A stretch of 64,000 bases of DNA. Origin: Candidatus Latescibacterota bacterium (GTDB lineage Bacteria > Latescibacterota > UBA2968 > GCA-2709665). Location: the NCBI GenBank assembly GCA_965226795.1, contig CBDDDZ010000005.1, positions 1,408,001 to 1,472,000 on the forward strand. The letters run 5' to 3'. Positions 50,700-60,933 of this stretch are shown one piece after another (position 1 is the first letter of the stretch; each line of letters opens with the position of its first letter). The translations under genes were made by a program, and so were the position numbers. The notes under the pieces are model-generated. The model was not told the origin of the DNA and did not search any database. It was given only the letters and a program-made list of their open reading frames with translations.

Positions 50700-52787
50700 A
50701 TGGTCGAAGAAAAATATGTCCTGGCAATTGACATCGGTGGCACGTTCACGGATCTCGTTCTGCTGGATTGCCATACCGGTCGGCAGACGGTTGCCAAGGT
50801 GCCGACGAGTTATCCGGATCCTTCTGAGGCCGTGCTGACCGGGATCGGCTCGATACTGGGTTCCGATAACGCGGGGGCCGTACAACGCGTTATCCACGGT
50901 ACAACGCTGGTGACCAACGCGCTGATCGAGCGCAAGGGCGCACGCACCGGGCTGATTACGACGGCCGGGTTTCGAGATGCGCTGGAAATCGGACGCGAAG
51001 GTCGATACGATATTTACGATCTGCGACTGGAGTTGCCCGAACCGCTCGTGGAACGCAGATTGAGAATTGGCGCACCGGAACGGATAAATGTCAGAGGAGA
51101 AGTACTGGAGAGCCTGAATGAGCCTTCGATTCTCGAAGCGTGCGGCAAGTTTCTGGATGAAGGGGTCGAGGCGGTTGCCATCTGTTTTCTGCACGCATAC
51201 GCAAATCCGGAACACGAGCGCCGGGCGAAGCAGGTGGTTAAGGAAACGATGCCCGGGGTTTCGATTTCGGTTTCACATCAGGTGTCGCCCCAATTTCGGG
51301 AGTACGACCGGACCTCCACCACCGTCGCAAACGCTTATGTGCAACCACTCGCCCGGCTGTATTTGACGGGATTGTCCAAAGGGCTGGAAACAAAAGGGAT
51401 AACGGCACCTTTGCATATAATGCTGTCCAACGGCGGCGTTTGCTCGGCCGAGACGGCCGCGGCCTTTCCGGTTCGTCTTGTGGAATCCGGTCCGAGCGGC
51501 GGCGCATTGTCCGCCGCGTATTGGGCAAACCGGGCAAACCGGCAGAACGTACTCGCGTTTGATATGGGCGGAACGACGGCAAAGGCGGTGCTCGGCAGCG
51601 ACGGCGCGTTTCCCATCACGACCGAATCCGAGGTGGCGCGTGTCTATCGTTTCAAGCGCGGCAGCGGATTGCCTCTGCTGGTGCCGGTACTGGACATGAT
51701 TGAAATCGGCGCAGGCGGCGGCAGTGTCGCACATCTGAACGAGTTGGGGCTGCCGGCAGTCGGACCCGAGAGCGCGGCTTCGGTTCCCGGCCCCGCCTGT
51801 TACGCACACGGAGGCGAGGAGCCCACCGTGACGGATGCCGACCTGATTCTGGGGATGCTGAATCCCGATTATTTCCTCGGTGGGAAAATGGCGCTGGACC
51901 CGGGCCGAGCACGTAGCGCCGTTCATCGGTTGGCCACGCGCCTGGACATAGACGTAAACCGTATGGCCTGGGGTATACACAGGATGGTGAATGAAAATAT
52001 GGCGAATGCCGCTCGGGTTCACGCGGCCGAGCGCGGAATCGATATCCGGGGATATACGATGGTGGCTACCGGTGGCGCGGGTCCGGTGCATGCCTGCGGC
52101 GTGGCCGAGCGGCTGGGAATCGGTACAGTAATCGTGCCGCCCGCGGCAGGCGTGAGTTCGGCCTTCGGGCTGATGCTTGCGCCAATTTCGTTTGACTTCG
52201 CAAGGAGTTACGTCGCCCGGCTCGAGGCGTTGAATTACGAGCGGTTGAACAGCCTTTTTGAAGAGATGGAAACTGAAGGAGAGGAAGTGTTGCGAGAGGC
52301 GGGCGTGGCCCGGGCCGAGATGCAGATTGAGCGGTCCGCGGACATGCGCTACGTGGGACAGGGCCACGAAATTCGATTTCCGGTTACGGGCGGCATACTG
52401 AGTCCCGAACGGCTGGTTGAAATCAGGCAGGGGTTTGACACGGCATATACGCGCAAATTTACACGCACGTGTGAAGGCGTGGAAATCGAGTCCGTTCACT
52501 GGCGGGTTCGGATGTCCGGGCAGAAACCCGATCTCGGCGACGTGGAGGCGGCCTCTTCGGCGGCCGGGGACGCGAGCAAGGGCGTTCGCGAGGTGTTGTT
52601 CAATGTGGAATCCGGTCCTGAGCAGACTCCGGTATTCGACAGGTACAGGATGGCGGCCGATTTTCAAGTGTCGGGTCCCGCAATCGTGGAAGAAGCCGAG
52701 TCCACGGCCGTCGTGCCACGCGGATGGGCGATTTCCGTGGAAGCATGTGGCAACCTGCTGCTGACGCGCCGGGAGGGTTTGCGATGA
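50700..52787 (+). CDS. Hydantoinase A / oxoprolinase family subunit (second copy)
   Basis: IDIGGTFTD, HGTTLVTNA, ESGP, DMGGTT, GAGGGS, PGPACY. Confidence 0.93.
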   Translation: MVEEKYVLAIDIGGTFTDLVLLDCHTGRQTVAKVPTSYPDPSEAVLTGIGSILGSDNAGAVQRVIHGTTLVTNALIERKGARTGLITTAGFRDALEIGREGRYDIYDLRLELPEPLVERRLRIGAPERINVRGEVLESLNEPSILEACGKFLDEGVEAVAICFLHAYANPEHERRAKQVVKETMPGVSISVSHQVSPQFREYDRTSTTVANAYVQPLARLYLTGLSKGLETKGITAPLHIMLSNGGVCSAETAAAFPVRLVESGPSGGALSAAYWANRANRQNVLAFDMGGTTAKAVLGSDGAFPITTESEVARVYRFKRGSGLPLLVPVLDMIEIGAGGGSVAHLNELGLPAVGPESAASVPGPACYAHGGEEPTVTDADLILGMLNPDYFLGGKMALDPGRARSAVHRLATRLDIDVNRMAWGIHRMVNENMANAARVHAAERGIDIRGYTMVATGGAGPVHACGVAERLGIGTVIVPPAAGVSSAFGLMLAPISFDFARSYVARLEALNYERLNSLFEEMETEGEEVLREAGVARAEMQIERSADMRYVGQGHEIRFPVTGGILSPERLVEIRQGFDTAYTRKFTRTCEGVEIESVHWRVRMSGQKPDLGDVEAASSAAGDASKGVREVLFNVESGPEQTPVFDRYRMAADFQVSGPAIVEEAESTAVVPRGWAISVEACGNLLLTRREGLR

Positions 52788-54502
52788 TGTCCGCGGATAA
52801 ACTGGACGCTGTTCTTCAAGAAGTGCTGTGGAACCGGCTCATTTCCATTGTAAACGAGCAAGCCGCCGCGCTGATGCACGCCTCATTCACAACCGTGGTC
52901 CGGGAAGCCGGCGACCTGTCCGCGGGGATATTCAACCGGGGCGGCGATATGGTTGCACAGGCGGTGACGGGCACTCCGGGCCACATCAATACCATGGCGA
53001 CCTGTGTGCGCCATTTCGCGAAGGCGCATCCGATAGACAGTCTGAAACCCGGCGACAGCCTGCTCACCAACGATCCATGGTTGGGCTCGGGCCATCTGCA
53101 CGACATAACCGTGGTCACTCCCGTTTTTCATCATGGCAAGGCCGTGGGTTGGTTCGCCAATACCTGTCACGCCATGGATATCGGCGGACGAACGCTGGGC
53201 GCCGATGCACGCGAGGTATTTGAAGAGGGACTCCATATTCCGATCATGTTCCTGTTCCGTAAGGGCACGGTTAATCACGACTTAATGGAAATCGTTCGCG
53301 CCAATGTCCGAACCCCGGATGCCGTAGTGGGTGACCTTTATGCGCAGCAGGCGGGCAACGACGTGGGTGCCGCCAAGCTAACTGAGATGATGGCGGAATA
53401 CGAAATGGAAGACATCGAGTCCCTTGCGGGAATGATTCTGGATCGTTCAGAGGCCGCGACACGGGACGCGATCGGTGAGATTCCCAACGGCACGTATCAA
53501 GATGAGGTGATCGTCGACGGTTTCGATCACCCGCTGAAGATCGCGGTTTCCATTCACGTAAGGGACCGGGACATCGTCGTAGACTACGACGGCACGTCAC
53601 CGCAGGTGGACCGTGGAATCAACGTGGTCTACAATTATACGCACGCCTATACAACCTATCCGCTCGCGTGTTCAATCAGCCCCTCCGTCCCGAATAACGC
53701 GGGCAGTTTCCGGCCGGTCACGGTGACGGCGCCGGAGGGGTGTGTTCTGAATGCCAGGTTTCCCTGTGCCGTTGGCGCCCGGCATCTGATCGGGCACTTT
53801 CTTTCCCAGGCGGTATTCGGTGCTCTATCCAGGGCAATTCCCGAACGGGTGCTTGCGGATGGTTCGGCGGGGCTCTGGAACACGCAATTGGAAGGCTACG
53901 ATCGGGATGGGCGGGTGTTTTCCTACATCTTCTTCTCCGCTGGCGGCATGGGCGCCAGGTCGTCTTCGGACGGACTGTCGGCTACGGCCTTTCCCAGCGG
54001 GATCAAAGGTGTGCCCGCCGAGGCCATCGAAGCGGTTTCGCCCGTGCTGATGCTGAAACGGGAGTTGCGTCCGGATTCCGGCGGCGCGGGCCGGTTCCGC
54101 GGCGGACTGGGGCAGGAGATGGTGCTGAGAATGGATACCGATTCGGCGGTGTTGCATTCGTGTATGTATGACCGCACCAAAAGCCCGGCGCGCGGTTTTT
54201 TGGGTGGGGGGAACGGCGCCGTTGGCGAGGTGATCCTTTCCGACGGTTCCCGGCCGCACCCGAAGGGGAAATACGAACTTCAGCCGGAGCAGACGGTAAC
54301 GCTGAGACTGCCCGGCGGAGGCGGTTACTTCTCTCCGATGGCTCGTGATCCTCAGCGGGTGTTGAACGACGTACGGCAGGGTCGCGTTTCGCTGGAAGCG
54401 GCCCGAGATGTGTACGGCGTGGTTATAGACACTCTGAATTGGAAAGTGGACGGGGCCGCCACGGAATCTGTCAGGGAAGCGCGCGCAGATAAAGAAGGTT
54501 GA
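52784..54502 (+). CDS. Hydantoinase B / oxoprolinase family subunit (second copy)
   Basis: NDPWLGSGHLHD, HAMDIGG, EEGLHIP, PGGGGY; ATGA overlap with the upstream gene. Confidence 0.92.
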   Translation: MMSADKLDAVLQEVLWNRLISIVNEQAAALMHASFTTVVREAGDLSAGIFNRGGDMVAQAVTGTPGHINTMATCVRHFAKAHPIDSLKPGDSLLTNDPWLGSGHLHDITVVTPVFHHGKAVGWFANTCHAMDIGGRTLGADAREVFEEGLHIPIMFLFRKGTVNHDLMEIVRANVRTPDAVVGDLYAQQAGNDVGAAKLTEMMAEYEMEDIESLAGMILDRSEAATRDAIGEIPNGTYQDEVIVDGFDHPLKIAVSIHVRDRDIVVDYDGTSPQVDRGINVVYNYTHAYTTYPLACSISPSVPNNAGSFRPVTVTAPEGCVLNARFPCAVGARHLIGHFLSQAVFGALSRAIPERVLADGSAGLWNTQLEGYDRDGRVFSYIFFSAGGMGARSSSDGLSATAFPSGIKGVPAEAIEAVSPVLMLKRELRPDSGGAGRFRGGLGQEMVLRMDTDSAVLHSCMYDRTKSPARGFLGGGNGAVGEVILSDGSRPHPKGKYELQPEQTVTLRLPGGGGYFSPMARDPQRVLNDVRQGRVSLEAARDVYGVVIDTLNWKVDGAATESVREARADKEG

Positions 54503-54668
54503 ACGGGAGCGGCATCCTGACCAACCGGATTGCCTCGCCGGGTGTTGGGGATGCGGCGGTGTCCACGGCACGGCGGGCCGTGTTGCGAGACATCGGATCG
54601 TATTGAATCGGAACTTGAATATATATTCGAAAATCATTGGAAGACAGTTAGTTGCATAGGAAGTCTTT

Positions 54669-56039
54669 ATGGGAAAATGTGAAACGGATGACGGTTACCG
54701 GGGGATCTGGTGGTGGGACTCGCCCGTGGACAACGAGTACAGATACGTCTATTACAGCGGCGGATTTGCGACCTATACTGCCAAACACATTCCGCTTGCG
54801 TACTATTCCGAAACGGCAAATAAGACGTTTTTCTGCTACGGTGGAACGTACAGAGACAAGAACCAGATCCTGGCGATGGTCTCCTATTACGATCACGCCA
54901 CCGGGACGGTTCCGCGGCCGACCATCCTGATGGACAAGGGCACGGCCGACGCACACGACAACCCTGTTCTGATGCTGGACGACGAGGGCTACATCTGGGT
55001 TTTCGTGAGTGCCCACGGGACCGTCCGGCCCGCCTACATTTACAAGAGCGACAAGCCCTACTCCGTTGATGCATTCGAATGCATTCAGGAAACGAATTTC
55101 TCCTATCCTCAGCCCTGGCATTTGGATGACTACGGATTCCTGTTTCTGCACACCAGGTACCTCGGCGGCAGGTTCCTCTACTCATTAACCAGCCCGGACG
55201 GCGCAAACTGGTCCGAACCCCGGGCGTTGTCGAGGATCTGCCAGGGTCACTACCAGGTAAGTTGGCGGGCAGGAAAGCGGGTTGGTACCGCGTTCAACTA
55301 CCATCCTGTTAAGAAACCAGGTCCGCCCAGGACCAATCTGTATTACCTCCAGACCGACGATTTCGGCGAGACCTGGCGGAATGCCGGGGGAGAGCAGATG
55401 GACCTCCCTCTGGAAAGTCCTCGCAATGACGCGATCGTCCGGTACTACGAGAAAGAAGGCCTGCAGGTGTTCGTGAAAGATCTGAATTTCGACGTTCGCG
55501 GTCATCCCGTCATTCTCATTCTCACCAGCCGGGGGATGGAGACAGGCCCCCATAACGACCCGCGCGTATGGACGACAGTACGGTGGACGGGTAATGACTG
55601 GGATGTCCGGGACGCGTTCAAGTCGGACAATAACTACGACGCGGGGGGGCTTCATATCGAACCGGATGGGACCTGGCGGATTATCGCACCTACAGATAAG
55701 GGTCCTCAACCTTACAATACGGGGGGGGAAGTGGCGGTGTGGACAAGCGGCGATGAGGGGGCCACGTGGGAGAAGACCCGCCAGGCGACCCGAAACAGCA
55801 AGTACAACCACACGTACGTGCGCCGACCCGTAAACGCGCACCCGGAATTCTATGCTTTCTGGGCGGATGGACATGCGCGGGAACAGTCGGACTCCCGTCT
55901 CTATTTCTGCAACAAGACCGGGGAAAATGTGTTCCGGTTACCCACTTCGATGAAGCGGAATCAGCAGGAACCGATAAGGGTGGTTCCACTCACAGACGCC
56001 GAAGACCCAATAGGCACCGACGAAGCGGGCGCTGTTTAA
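54669..56039 (+). CDS. BNR-4 repeat beta-propeller protein (possible polysaccharide lyase)
   Basis: DAHDNP, SAHG, FSYPQ; Asp-boxes [15 protein letters not shown] and SGDEGATW. Confidence 0.75.
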   Translation: MGKCETDDGYRGIWWWDSPVDNEYRYVYYSGGFATYTAKHIPLAYYSETANKTFFCYGGTYRDKNQILAMVSYYDHATGTVPRPTILMDKGTADAHDNPVLMLDDEGYIWVFVSAHGTVRPAYIYKSDKPYSVDAFECIQETNFSYPQPWHLDDYGFLFLHTRYLGGRFLYSLTSPDGANWSEPRALSRICQGHYQVSWRAGKRVGTAFNYHPVKKPGPPRTNLYYLQTDDFGETWRNAGGEQMDLPLESPRNDAIVRYYEKEGLQVFVKDLNFDVRGHPVILILTSRGMETGPHNDPRVWTTVRWTGNDWDVRDAFKSDNNYDAGGLHIEPDGTWRIIAPTDKGPQPYNTGGEVAVWTSGDEGATWEKTRQATRNSKYNHTYVRRPVNAHPEFYAFWADGHAREQSDSRLYFCNKTGENVFRLPTSMKRNQQEPIRVVPLTDAEDPIGTDEAGAV

Positions 56040-56059
56040 TTGTCTGGAAAGGCGGTCCG

Positions 56060-56932
56060 ATGAAAGGTATCATTCTGTCCGGTGGGCTGGGAACCCGGCT
56101 GTACCCGCTCACGATTTCACTTTCAAAACAGATCATACCCATCTTCGACAAACCCATGATCTACTACCCGCTGTCGGTGTTGATGCTGGCCAATATCCGC
56201 GAATTCCTGGTTATTTCGTCGCCTGAGCATATTGGGCTTTACCAGAACCTGTTGGGGGACGGCAGCCGTCTGGGTGTGCGGTTCGACTATGCGATCCAGC
56301 CTCGTCCCGAGGGCGTCGCGCAATCGTTTCTCATTGGAGAGAAATTCATAAACGGAGGGCCTTGTGCGCTTATTTTCGGGGACAATTTCTTCTACGGCCA
56401 CGGTCTTTCCGGGTTGTTGGAGCAGGCCGGCAAACTCGAAGAGGGCGGGTTGGTTTTCGCGTATTACGTGCAGGATCCCGGGAGATACGGTGTGGTTGAA
56501 TTCGACGCTCGCATGAACGTTGTGGGCATTGAAGAAAAACCCAAACGTCCGAGGTCCAATTATGCGGTTACCGGACTCTATTTTTACGACGGAAGCGTCG
56601 TGGATATAGCGAAGGGGTTGAAGCCTTCGGATCGCGGAGAATTGGAAATTACCGATGTAAACAACGAATATCTCAGGCAGGGCAGATTGAGGGTCCAGTT
56701 GCTGGGAAGGGGAATTGCGTATCTGGACACGGGAACCCACGAGAGTCTGCTGGAAGCGAGCAATTTCGTGCAGATCGTCGAACACCGGCAGGGGTTGAAA
56801 ATCGCGTGCCTGGAAGAAATCGCGTTTCGAAAAGGGTACATCAGCGCGGGGCAACTTGAGGATATCGCGAACTATTCGAAAGAGAATGAGTACTGTCTGT
56901 ACCTGAAACGCCTGCTTGCATCCCGGAACTGA
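56060..56932 (+). CDS. rfbA: Glucose-1-phosphate thymidylyltransferase
   Basis: [49 protein letters not shown]. Confidence 0.96.
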   Translation: MKGIILSGGLGTRLYPLTISLSKQIIPIFDKPMIYYPLSVLMLANIREFLVISSPEHIGLYQNLLGDGSRLGVRFDYAIQPRPEGVAQSFLIGEKFINGGPCALIFGDNFFYGHGLSGLLEQAGKLEEGGLVFAYYVQDPGRYGVVEFDARMNVVGIEEKPKRPRSNYAVTGLYFYDGSVVDIAKGLKPSDRGELEITDVNNEYLRQGRLRVQLLGRGIAYLDTGTHESLLEASNFVQIVEHRQGLKIACLEEIAFRKGYISAGQLEDIANYSKENEYCLYLKRLLASRN

Positions 56933-57124
56933 TCCCGTGGATGCCAACAACAGCCTCGAACCGTCAGCCGCATCCAACGCGTGTGGAAGCCTGCAACGGA
57001 TTCTGACACCGTCGCTGAAATCTTAGGGATTCCGAGGTCCGATGGAGTTGAAAGTCAGGAACCGGATCTCACGCGTCCGGGGCACGATTTCAGCGGGCTA
57101 CGCGTATCCGAAGGAAAACTCCCG

Positions 57125-57463
57125 ATGTTGAGGATGTTTTGTATCGTAGCCACTCTCTTGTCGATTGTCCGCTGCGGCAGCGTTCCGGTGGCGCCTGAAG
57201 ACGCGATACTGGGTACGTGGAAACTGACCCTGGCGAGGAACGAGCCGGTGACGGCGAATTATTCGCTCGTCTTCGGTAAAAACGGAGTTTACACGTTCAT
57301 CAATACGATTTTCGACGGAAGCCAGATAAGTACACCCGGAAGTTGGCGAATTGAGAATCGTACCCTATACCTGGACAGCCTGGATTTCGGGTTCTCCGTC
57401 GACAAAGTCGAACTTACTCTGTACGCGCGGGACGGCACCGTTTTCGTCTATACGAAACAGTAG
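57125..57463 (+). CDS. Small lipocalin-like putative lipoprotein
   Basis: Hydrophobic N-terminus ending in C-G, ILGTWKL, GSWRI. Confidence 0.6.
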   Translation: MLRMFCIVATLLSIVRCGSVPVAPEDAILGTWKLTLARNEPVTANYSLVFGKNGVYTFINTIFDGSQISTPGSWRIENRTLYLDSLDFGFSVDKVELTLYARDGTVFVYTKQ

Positions 57464-57544
57464 CCCCTGTTGGAATTTACGTAACGAGGTTCGGAGTACT
57501 GCGGGGCACGGGAGCGCCGCCGCCCGGTGTCTCGAGGAGACGTT

Positions 57545-58918
57545 ATGCGCGTTGATCCTTCCATCAGCCTGAGGGATCTGGATTCCAGACTGGACCGGTG
57601 TTTCGAACTCGCAGGACAAAAAATCACTTCCATTTCCGATACCTGGGATCCCGGATGCGGCGCGCCGGTTTATACCGTTGGCGGGAAATACACCACCAGG
57701 GGTTGGACGGAATGGACGCAGGGATTCCAGTATGGTTGTGCGATATTGCTGTTCGACGCGTCGGGAGAGAAGCAGTTTCTGGAAATCGGTCGACGCGGCA
57801 CCATAGATCGGATGGCCGCACACGTGACCCACACAGGCGTACACGACCACGGATTCAACAACATATCAACCTACGGCAACCTCAGGCGTCTGATGCTTGA
57901 AGGCGCGATTTCGGGCGATTTGTGGGAGCAGCACTTTTACGAACTTGCCTTGAAAGCATCCGGTGCGGTGCAGGGGGCGCGTTGGACGACGATTCGGGAC
58001 GGGAAGGGGTTTATACCTTCTTTTAACGGCGCCCACTCGCTGTTCGCCGACACGATCCGCACCTGCCGGTCCCTGGGGCTTGCACACTGTCTGGGCCACC
58101 TGTTGATGGGGGAGAACGACAGGGCGATTTCGCTCCTTGACCGCATGATCCAGCATGCAGAAACAACGGCGCGGTTCAATGTGTATTACGGCGAGGGGCG
58201 CGATACCTACGACGCCCGAGGGCGGGTCGCGCATGAGTCTATTTTCAACGTGGAGGACGGAAATTATCGGTGTCCAGGCACTCAACAGGGATATTCGCCC
58301 TTTTCCACATGGACACGAGGCCTCGCATGGGTGGTAACGGGGTATGCCGAATTGCTGGAATTCCTCGACGTTCTGGCGGATGAGGATCTTTCGGCGTGCG
58401 GCGGTCGCGACCACATCACGGGATTCATGACCAGGGCAGCGACCGCGACCGCTGACTACTTCGCTAATGGTGCCTCCGCGGCCGACGGTATCCCGTACTG
58501 GGATACCGGCGCCCCAGGGTTGGCCCAGATGGGAGATTATCTTGGTCGGGCCGCGGATCCGTTCAACGAATTTGAACCCGTGGACAGTTCAGCGGCTGCG
58601 ATTGCGGCACAGGGCCTCTACCGTTTGGGCAAGTATCTGGATGGCGAGACCGGCGCGTCGTACACGAGAGCGGCGTTAACGGTCGCCCGTACTCTATTCG
58701 ACGCCCCGTATCTGGCTGAAGATGCGGATCACCAGGGTTTGATCCTGCATTCCGTATATCACCGACCCAATGGCTGGGACCGTCGTCGGCCGCATCAGAG
58801 CGTGCCAAATGGAGAGGCCTCCATGTGGGGAGATTATCACGCACTGGAACTGGCGGTACTGCTGAAACGTGAAATTAACGGGCAACCCTATCTGACGTTT
58901 TTCGATCGGAAGACGTGA
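57545..58918 (+). CDS. GH88-like unsaturated glucuronyl hydrolase
   Basis: EWTQGF, HDHGF, QQGY...STWTRGLAW, PYWD, DSSAAAIAA, WGDY. Confidence 0.85.
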   Translation: MRVDPSISLRDLDSRLDRCFELAGQKITSISDTWDPGCGAPVYTVGGKYTTRGWTEWTQGFQYGCAILLFDASGEKQFLEIGRRGTIDRMAAHVTHTGVHDHGFNNISTYGNLRRLMLEGAISGDLWEQHFYELALKASGAVQGARWTTIRDGKGFIPSFNGAHSLFADTIRTCRSLGLAHCLGHLLMGENDRAISLLDRMIQHAETTARFNVYYGEGRDTYDARGRVAHESIFNVEDGNYRCPGTQQGYSPFSTWTRGLAWVVTGYAELLEFLDVLADEDLSACGGRDHITGFMTRAATATADYFANGASAADGIPYWDTGAPGLAQMGDYLGRAADPFNEFEPVDSSAAAIAAQGLYRLGKYLDGETGASYTRAALTVARTLFDAPYLAEDADHQGLILHSVYHRPNGWDRRRPHQSVPNGEASMWGDYHALELAVLLKREINGQPYLTFFDRKT

Positions 58919-59934
58919 TGATTTCAAAACGGCTGGTTGTGGTGGAACCCGGACGAATCGAACTACAGGAATATGAACTGGATTACACGCTGGAACCGCA
59001 CCAGGCGCTGGTCGAGGCCGAGTATTCGGTTGTCAGCGGGGGGACGGAGGGCGCGGGTTTCACGGGCCTGGTCAGGCAGATGCCATTCGGCGATGCGGGA
59101 AAGTACCCTAGAGAGACCGGATACGGACATCTGGGCAAGGTGCTGGCGGTGGGGACCGGGGTGACGATGTGTCAACCCGGCGACCGAGTGATCAGCTTCT
59201 CGAAACACGCGTCCGTGACCAAGGCCGATGCCGCTCGGATGGCGTTGCCTGTTTCCCCGACCGCAGGGGGAAAACACCTGGTATTCTCGCGGATGGCGGG
59301 GGTCAGCATGAGCGCGATACGTTCATCCTGCGCACAACCGGGGGATACGGTCCTCGTCATTGGAATGGGACTTGTCGGTAATTTCGCGGCTCAGCTCTTT
59401 TCACTGGCGGGGATGGAAGTAATGGCCGCGGACGTCTCGGCGTTTCGCCTGGAGAAGGCAAGGGCGTGCGGATTGAAACGGGGGGTGAACGCCGCCGGTG
59501 ACGACCTGGAGGCTGCGGTGATGGATTGGACGTCGGGCGAAGGCGCCCACGTGGTCGTTGAAGCCATTGGCATGAGCAGCGTCGTTGCCCAGGGGGTTCT
59601 GCTGGCGCGAACAGGCGGTGAGGTCATTCTGCTGGGCAGTCCGCGGGCGCCTGCCAGGCTTGACGTGACGCCGATGCTGCTGCATATTCATTTGAAAGCG
59701 ATACGGATGATCGGCGCGCTGGAATGGCGCTGGCCGCAGCATCCCACTGAACGCACGAGGGACATTACGGGCAATTACCGTCTGCTTTCAGACTGGATAG
59801 CGAACGAACGGCTGGTTGTGCCGCCCCTCCTTACTCACCTGGCTTCGCCGGCCGATTGTCAGTCTGTCTACGACGGAGTAACGGCCCGAAAAGACGAATA
59901 TCTGGGTGCGGTATTCGACTGGAGCCGCGCTTGA
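58918..59934 (+). CDS. MDR/zinc-binding dehydrogenase family protein
   Basis: SVVSGGTE, PGDRV, IGMGLVG, VVEAIG. Confidence 0.85.
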   Translation: MISKRLVVVEPGRIELQEYELDYTLEPHQALVEAEYSVVSGGTEGAGFTGLVRQMPFGDAGKYPRETGYGHLGKVLAVGTGVTMCQPGDRVISFSKHASVTKADAARMALPVSPTAGGKHLVFSRMAGVSMSAIRSSCAQPGDTVLVIGMGLVGNFAAQLFSLAGMEVMAADVSAFRLEKARACGLKRGVNAAGDDLEAAVMDWTSGEGAHVVVEAIGMSSVVAQGVLLARTGGEVILLGSPRAPARLDVTPMLLHIHLKAIRMIGALEWRWPQHPTERTRDITGNYRLLSDWIANERLVVPPLLTHLASPADCQSVYDGVTARKDEYLGAVFDWSRA

Positions 59935-59989
59935 AACAGAAATCCATTTCGCTCTTCGAAAACGATCGCCGGCGCTGAGGTGGGATACC

Positions 59990-60862
59990 ATGAAGCGTAA
60001 ATTAAACACTTTCAACCCAATGGTTGGTCGAAACGCGGGCTTGAAAACGTCCCGTTGCGCGCCGTTGGTGATACTGATGGTCACACTGTGTTCGGCACCT
60101 GCGTGGAATGGAGAAGCAACGCCGTTCGATTTCGGAGCCCTTGACCGCATGTTGGGCAGGTTTGTGGATTCAAGGGGATGGGTTGACTACGCCGGAATAA
60201 AGGCCGAGCCGGCCGAACTCAGGCTTCTATTGGCCCGGCTGAGGGACGTAAGCCCGGAAAGCCATCCTGCGATATTTCCCGAGCGGGAAGATCGGCTGGC
60301 ATACTGGATCAACGCGTACAATACGCTTGTGATCAGCGGGGTGGTCAATGCGTATCCCGTAACGAGCGTCAAGAAGATTCATCCACAGCCCGGATTCTTC
60401 AAGGTATTCCATGTCCTCGGTGGAAAGTCCCGTTCACTTGATGATATTGAACATAATATCATCCGAAAAGAGTTCGCCGATCCTCGAATCCACGCCGCTC
60501 TGAACTGCGGCGCGGCATCCTGTCCCAGGTTGCGCCCGGAAGCATACCGTCCCGAGCGGCTCGAAAATCAGCTGGAAGCAGCCGTTGGGGACTTCATCCG
60601 CGACCCGCAGCATGTTATGGTGGACCGTGACAGCGGGACTTTGATACTTTCGAAAATTCTTGATTGGTTTGAAGGTGATTTCACCGACTGGTACAAACGT
60701 GCCCACCAGGTAAAAGATGTTCGAATCACGGACTACCTGAATATCCATCTTAACGAGGAAGACCGTGCGTTCCTGCGAACACGCCAGGGAATAACCGTTC
60801 GGTACATTCCGTACGATTGGACGCTTAACGACCGGGCGCTGCACCAGGACGAAACCCGTTAA
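59990..60862 (+). CDS. DUF547 domain protein (exported)
   Basis: VDY, LAYWINAYN, SLDDIEH, DPRIHAALNCGAASCPRL, LSKILDWF, YDWTLN. Confidence 0.88.
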   Translation: MKRKLNTFNPMVGRNAGLKTSRCAPLVILMVTLCSAPAWNGEATPFDFGALDRMLGRFVDSRGWVDYAGIKAEPAELRLLLARLRDVSPESHPAIFPEREDRLAYWINAYNTLVISGVVNAYPVTSVKKIHPQPGFFKVFHVLGGKSRSLDDIEHNIIRKEFADPRIHAALNCGAASCPRLRPEAYRPERLENQLEAAVGDFIRDPQHVMVDRDSGTLILSKILDWFEGDFTDWYKRAHQVKDVRITDYLNIHLNEEDRAFLRTRQGITVRYIPYDWTLNDRALHQDETR

Positions 60863-60933
60863 CTGAATTACACCCGGCAAATGCTGCGCCATACATTAAT
60901 GTATTGGCGACGTTGCCGCGCAAGATGGTCTAG

